From Minisyncoccota bacterium (GTDB lineage Bacteria > Patescibacteriota > Microgenomatia > UBA1400 > PJMF01): a DNA stretch of 64,000 nt. Within the stretch, counting starts at the first letter, position 1. Each line of letters starts with the position of its first letter. This document shows, piece by piece, positions 61,498 through 64,000 of this stretch. The stretch spans positions 18,786 to 82,785 of the forward strand of contig JABHWM010000020.1 of the NCBI GenBank assembly GCA_018657765.1, read 5' to 3'. Below the pieces are notes generated by a model, which worked only from the letters and a program-made list of their open reading frames with translations, searched no databases and was not told the origin of the DNA. The translations under genes were made by a program, and so were the position numbers.

Positions 61498-62433
61498 ATG
61501 AAAAACCCTTACGCCCAACAAATTAGCCAACTAGAAGAGAAAATTGCAGAGAATAATACTCTGATCAATGATCCAGAACTTGGTGAACTAGCAAAGCTAG
61601 AAATCACTGACCTGGAATCTCAAAAGAAAATGCTAGAAGAGGCAGCAGAAGATCTCTCACAAAATTCCCAAGACTCAGCCAAAGAAACAGATACTAGTAA
61701 ATCCAATGCTATCTTGGAGATTCGTGGTGGTGCTGGTGGAGATGAAGCAAAAATCTGGGCTAACGATCTGATGCGCATGTACATAAGGTTTATCGAATCT
61801 GTTGATATGAAAGCAGAATATATCGATGATCTTGTGATTAAAATTCGTGGAAAAGTAACTATCGGTGAAGAAAAAATTCATGCTTATGATTTCTTCAAAT
61901 ATGAATCTGGAGTTCATAGAGTTCAACGAGTTCCTAGTACAGAATCTCAAGGTAGAATCCATACTTCAACCGCTTCAGTAGCTGTTTTACCAGAAGTTAA
62001 AGAAAATGCTGTAATTATCCGTGATGAAGACTTAGATTGGCAGTTTATGCGAGCTGGTGGTGCTGGTGGACAATCAGTGAATAAAACCAGTAGTGCTGTG
62101 AGACTTACTCATAAACCAACTGGAATTGTTGTTAATTCTAGACAAGAAAGAAAACAAGTTCAAAATAGACAGATTGCTCTAGAACTACTTAGATCTCAGA
62201 TGTGGGAAATTGAAGAAGAAAAGAAACAAGCAGAACTTGGTAATGCCAGAAAAGCCATTGGTCGCAATATGCGAGCCGAGAAAATCCGTACTTATAACTA
62301 CCCTCAAAATAGAATCACTGATCATAGGATCACTGTTTCTTGGCATAGTTTAGAAGATACTTTGGATGGAAATATTTTGAAAATGCTCACTGATATTCGT
62401 GAGAATATGGAAAAAGAAGAAGATAGTGAGTAA
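61498..62433 (+). CDS. prfA: Peptide chain release factor 1
   Basis: [18 protein letters not shown] (PxT), GGQ, RTYNYPQ; likely start ATG 61498. Confidence 0.95.
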   Translation: MKNPYAQQISQLEEKIAENNTLINDPELGELAKLEITDLESQKKMLEEAAEDLSQNSQDSAKETDTSKSNAILEIRGGAGGDEAKIWANDLMRMYIRFIESVDMKAEYIDDLVIKIRGKVTIGEEKIHAYDFFKYESGVHRVQRVPSTESQGRIHTSTASVAVLPEVKENAVIIRDEDLDWQFMRAGGAGGQSVNKTSSAVRLTHKPTGIVVNSRQERKQVQNRQIALELLRSQMWEIEEEKKQAELGNARKAIGRNMRAEKIRTYNYPQNRITDHRITVSWHSLEDTLDGNILKMLTDIRENMEKEEDSE

Positions 62434-62638
62434 AAAAGAAAAAAATCTACCAGAACCACAAATCTCTACAGGCACTGTCTTAAAAGTAATCAAAGAAAGA
62501 CCAGAATTTGCCAGGTGGGCTGCTGAAAATCTAGACCACCCTATTTCAAAAGCCTTTGGGGAAGCTATTGTTGATGCTGTTATGGAAGAACCAGCAAAAT
62601 TTGGCCTAGCTATATTAAATAGAAAAAAACGTAAATAA
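62426..62638 (+). CDS. Small hypothetical protein
   Basis: GTG 62426 overlaps the prfA end; fills the gap to the MFS gene. Confidence 0.5.
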   Translation: MSKKEKNLPEPQISTGTVLKVIKERPEFARWAAENLDHPISKAFGEAIVDAVMEEPAKFGLAILNRKKRK

Positions 62639-63826
62639 CTACTTCTTCTTAATAACCCTATACCGCACCAACTGCGGTAACAAAAACCCAACCATTACTA
62701 TTCCCAGTATCAAAGCAAACTCATTAGGTGAAGTCTTGTCTATTGCGTCCCCTATAAAATAGGATAAAAGAACAAATGGAAGTTCTGAGAGCAACGTCAT
62801 TGTAGAAAGAGCTGTAGCTCTGTTTTTGGAATCGATAAACTCATTAATAATCAGTGATTTTGAGTTCAAAAATGTTGTAGAGCTGACAATTCTCAAAAAA
62901 ATTAAAACCATTCCAAAAAATATTCCTACAAAGTAGGCTCCCAAAAATGAAGCTATAAGAACTAACGAAGCAAGAACAGCTAATTTACCTGCAGAAAGTT
63001 TCTTTCTAATCTGTGGATAAAAATGAGAAGAAAAAGCAGCTATCAAATAACCAGCCCCAAATAACATTCCTACCCCTTTACCCTCTAGGCCATACTCTAT
63101 AGCTTGTGAAATACCCAATATTTTTGAAGCAATAAAATAACCAGCCGTAATTGTAATCATAATAAGTGAAATAGATCTTCTTTTCTGCGTTGAAAAAAGC
63201 TCATGAAATCCTTTCAAGGTTTGCTTTATGTAGCTCGAAAACGAAAAGACTTCTGAATCAATTTTGGGCTCTTCTATGAAAAATGTAATAATCAAAGTGA
63301 TTGCCGTAAAAAAAGTAGTTACGATATATGGGAGAGTTGGGGATATATCAAAAAGAAACCCACCAACAACAGATGAAACAAATAAAGCTAGCCAACTAAG
63401 TACACCATTACGAGATACTACATCAGTAAATCTATCTTTTTGCCCTGATTCTTTTAATGTATCGTATTGCAAAGATTCCAAAGAACCTGACCAAAGTGCC
63501 TGAGAGATACCCTGAATAAATCTAGCAACAAGAAACACCCAAAAAGTCTTTCCCAGAATCATCATTACAAATGAAGTTATTCCAAAAAGTCTTGAGATAA
63601 TCAAAGTTTTTTTTCTTCCAATGATATCTGAAATAGCTCCTGTTGGAATCTCAAAAATACTTCCAGCAATAGTAGAAGCTGCTCCAATAATAGCTACTTC
63701 TCTAAAATCCAAATACTGCAAAAAATAAAACATCCAGATGGCAATTGGAAAATACAGATACCACTGAAACAATAAAATCCAACTTATAAATATATTTTTG
63801 TGTAACTTCTTTGACTGTTTAGACAT
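62639..63826 (-). CDS. MFS transporter
   Basis: EIPTGAISDIIGRKK (motif A), about 12 TM, RATALS. Confidence 0.92.
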   Translation of the reverse strand: MSKQSKKLHKNIFISWILLFQWYLYFPIAIWMFYFLQYLDFREVAIIGAASTIAGSIFEIPTGAISDIIGRKKTLIISRLFGITSFVMMILGKTFWVFLVARFIQGISQALWSGSLESLQYDTLKESGQKDRFTDVVSRNGVLSWLALFVSSVVGGFLFDISPTLPYIVTTFFTAITLIITFFIEEPKIDSEVFSFSSYIKQTLKGFHELFSTQKRRSISLIMITITAGYFIASKILGISQAIEYGLEGKGVGMLFGAGYLIAAFSSHFYPQIRKKLSAGKLAVLASLVLIASFLGAYFVGIFFGMVLIFLRIVSSTTFLNSKSLIINEFIDSKNRATALSTMTLLSELPFVLLSYFIGDAIDKTSPNEFALILGIVMVGFLLPQLVRYRVIKKK

Positions 63827-63896
63827 GAATACTTATTTAGTAAGATATAAAAAAACTAAGGTGGTTTTATTATTTATCTGAAATAGTTTTTGAGTT

Positions 63897-64000
63897 TTAA
63901 AGCTCCTCGATCCCCTTTAATAAAACTTCATCTTCCTCGGTTTCATAATCACCTTTGACCTCTACATCTACAGGAATTCCTTCATCATGAATCCACTCTC
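63897..64000 (-). CDS. C-terminal fragment of an unidentified gene (window edge)
   Basis: Open frame ...EWIHDEGIPVDVEVKGDYETEEDEVLLKGIEEL*. Confidence 0.5.
   Translation of the reverse strand, partial: EWIHDEGIPVDVEVKGDYETEEDEVLLKGIEEL

Overview
AT-rich bacterial chromosomal window using the standard code (TGA is a stop). Gene content and style point to Patescibacteria/CPR, probably Microgenomates; this is an inference, not a database result. It carries housekeeping genes (pheT end, PBP1A, tyrS, recG, rpsP, rnc, nusB, rpmF, gyrB-ppaC-gyrA, tsf, rpsB, folD, nfo, glyA, lspA, lgt-like, dnaB, hisS, rpmE, prfA). It also carries a type IVa pilus system split over two blocks (8.0-11.2 kb and 16.5-30.4 kb) and two tRNAs (Ala-GGC, Leu-CAA). 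No rRNA, CRISPR array, transposase or reverse transcriptase was seen. Main observations: (1) a lone Xer-type recombinase sits in about 2.4 kb of non-coding DNA holding a symmetric 11-6-11 dif-like site, two inverted 11-7-11 sites flanking the gene and a repeated ACTGATATATCAGT motif, with no visible GC-skew switch; (2) hisS is preceded by a complete His-leader attenuator; (3) an ACP-like protein lacks the phosphopantetheine serine; (4) a self-contained Flp-pilin cassette and a lipoprotein with an internal signal peptide look foreign; (5) a 168-bp mini-element duplicates the tRNA-Leu 3' end; (6) leaderless-type and bidirectional promoters are common.
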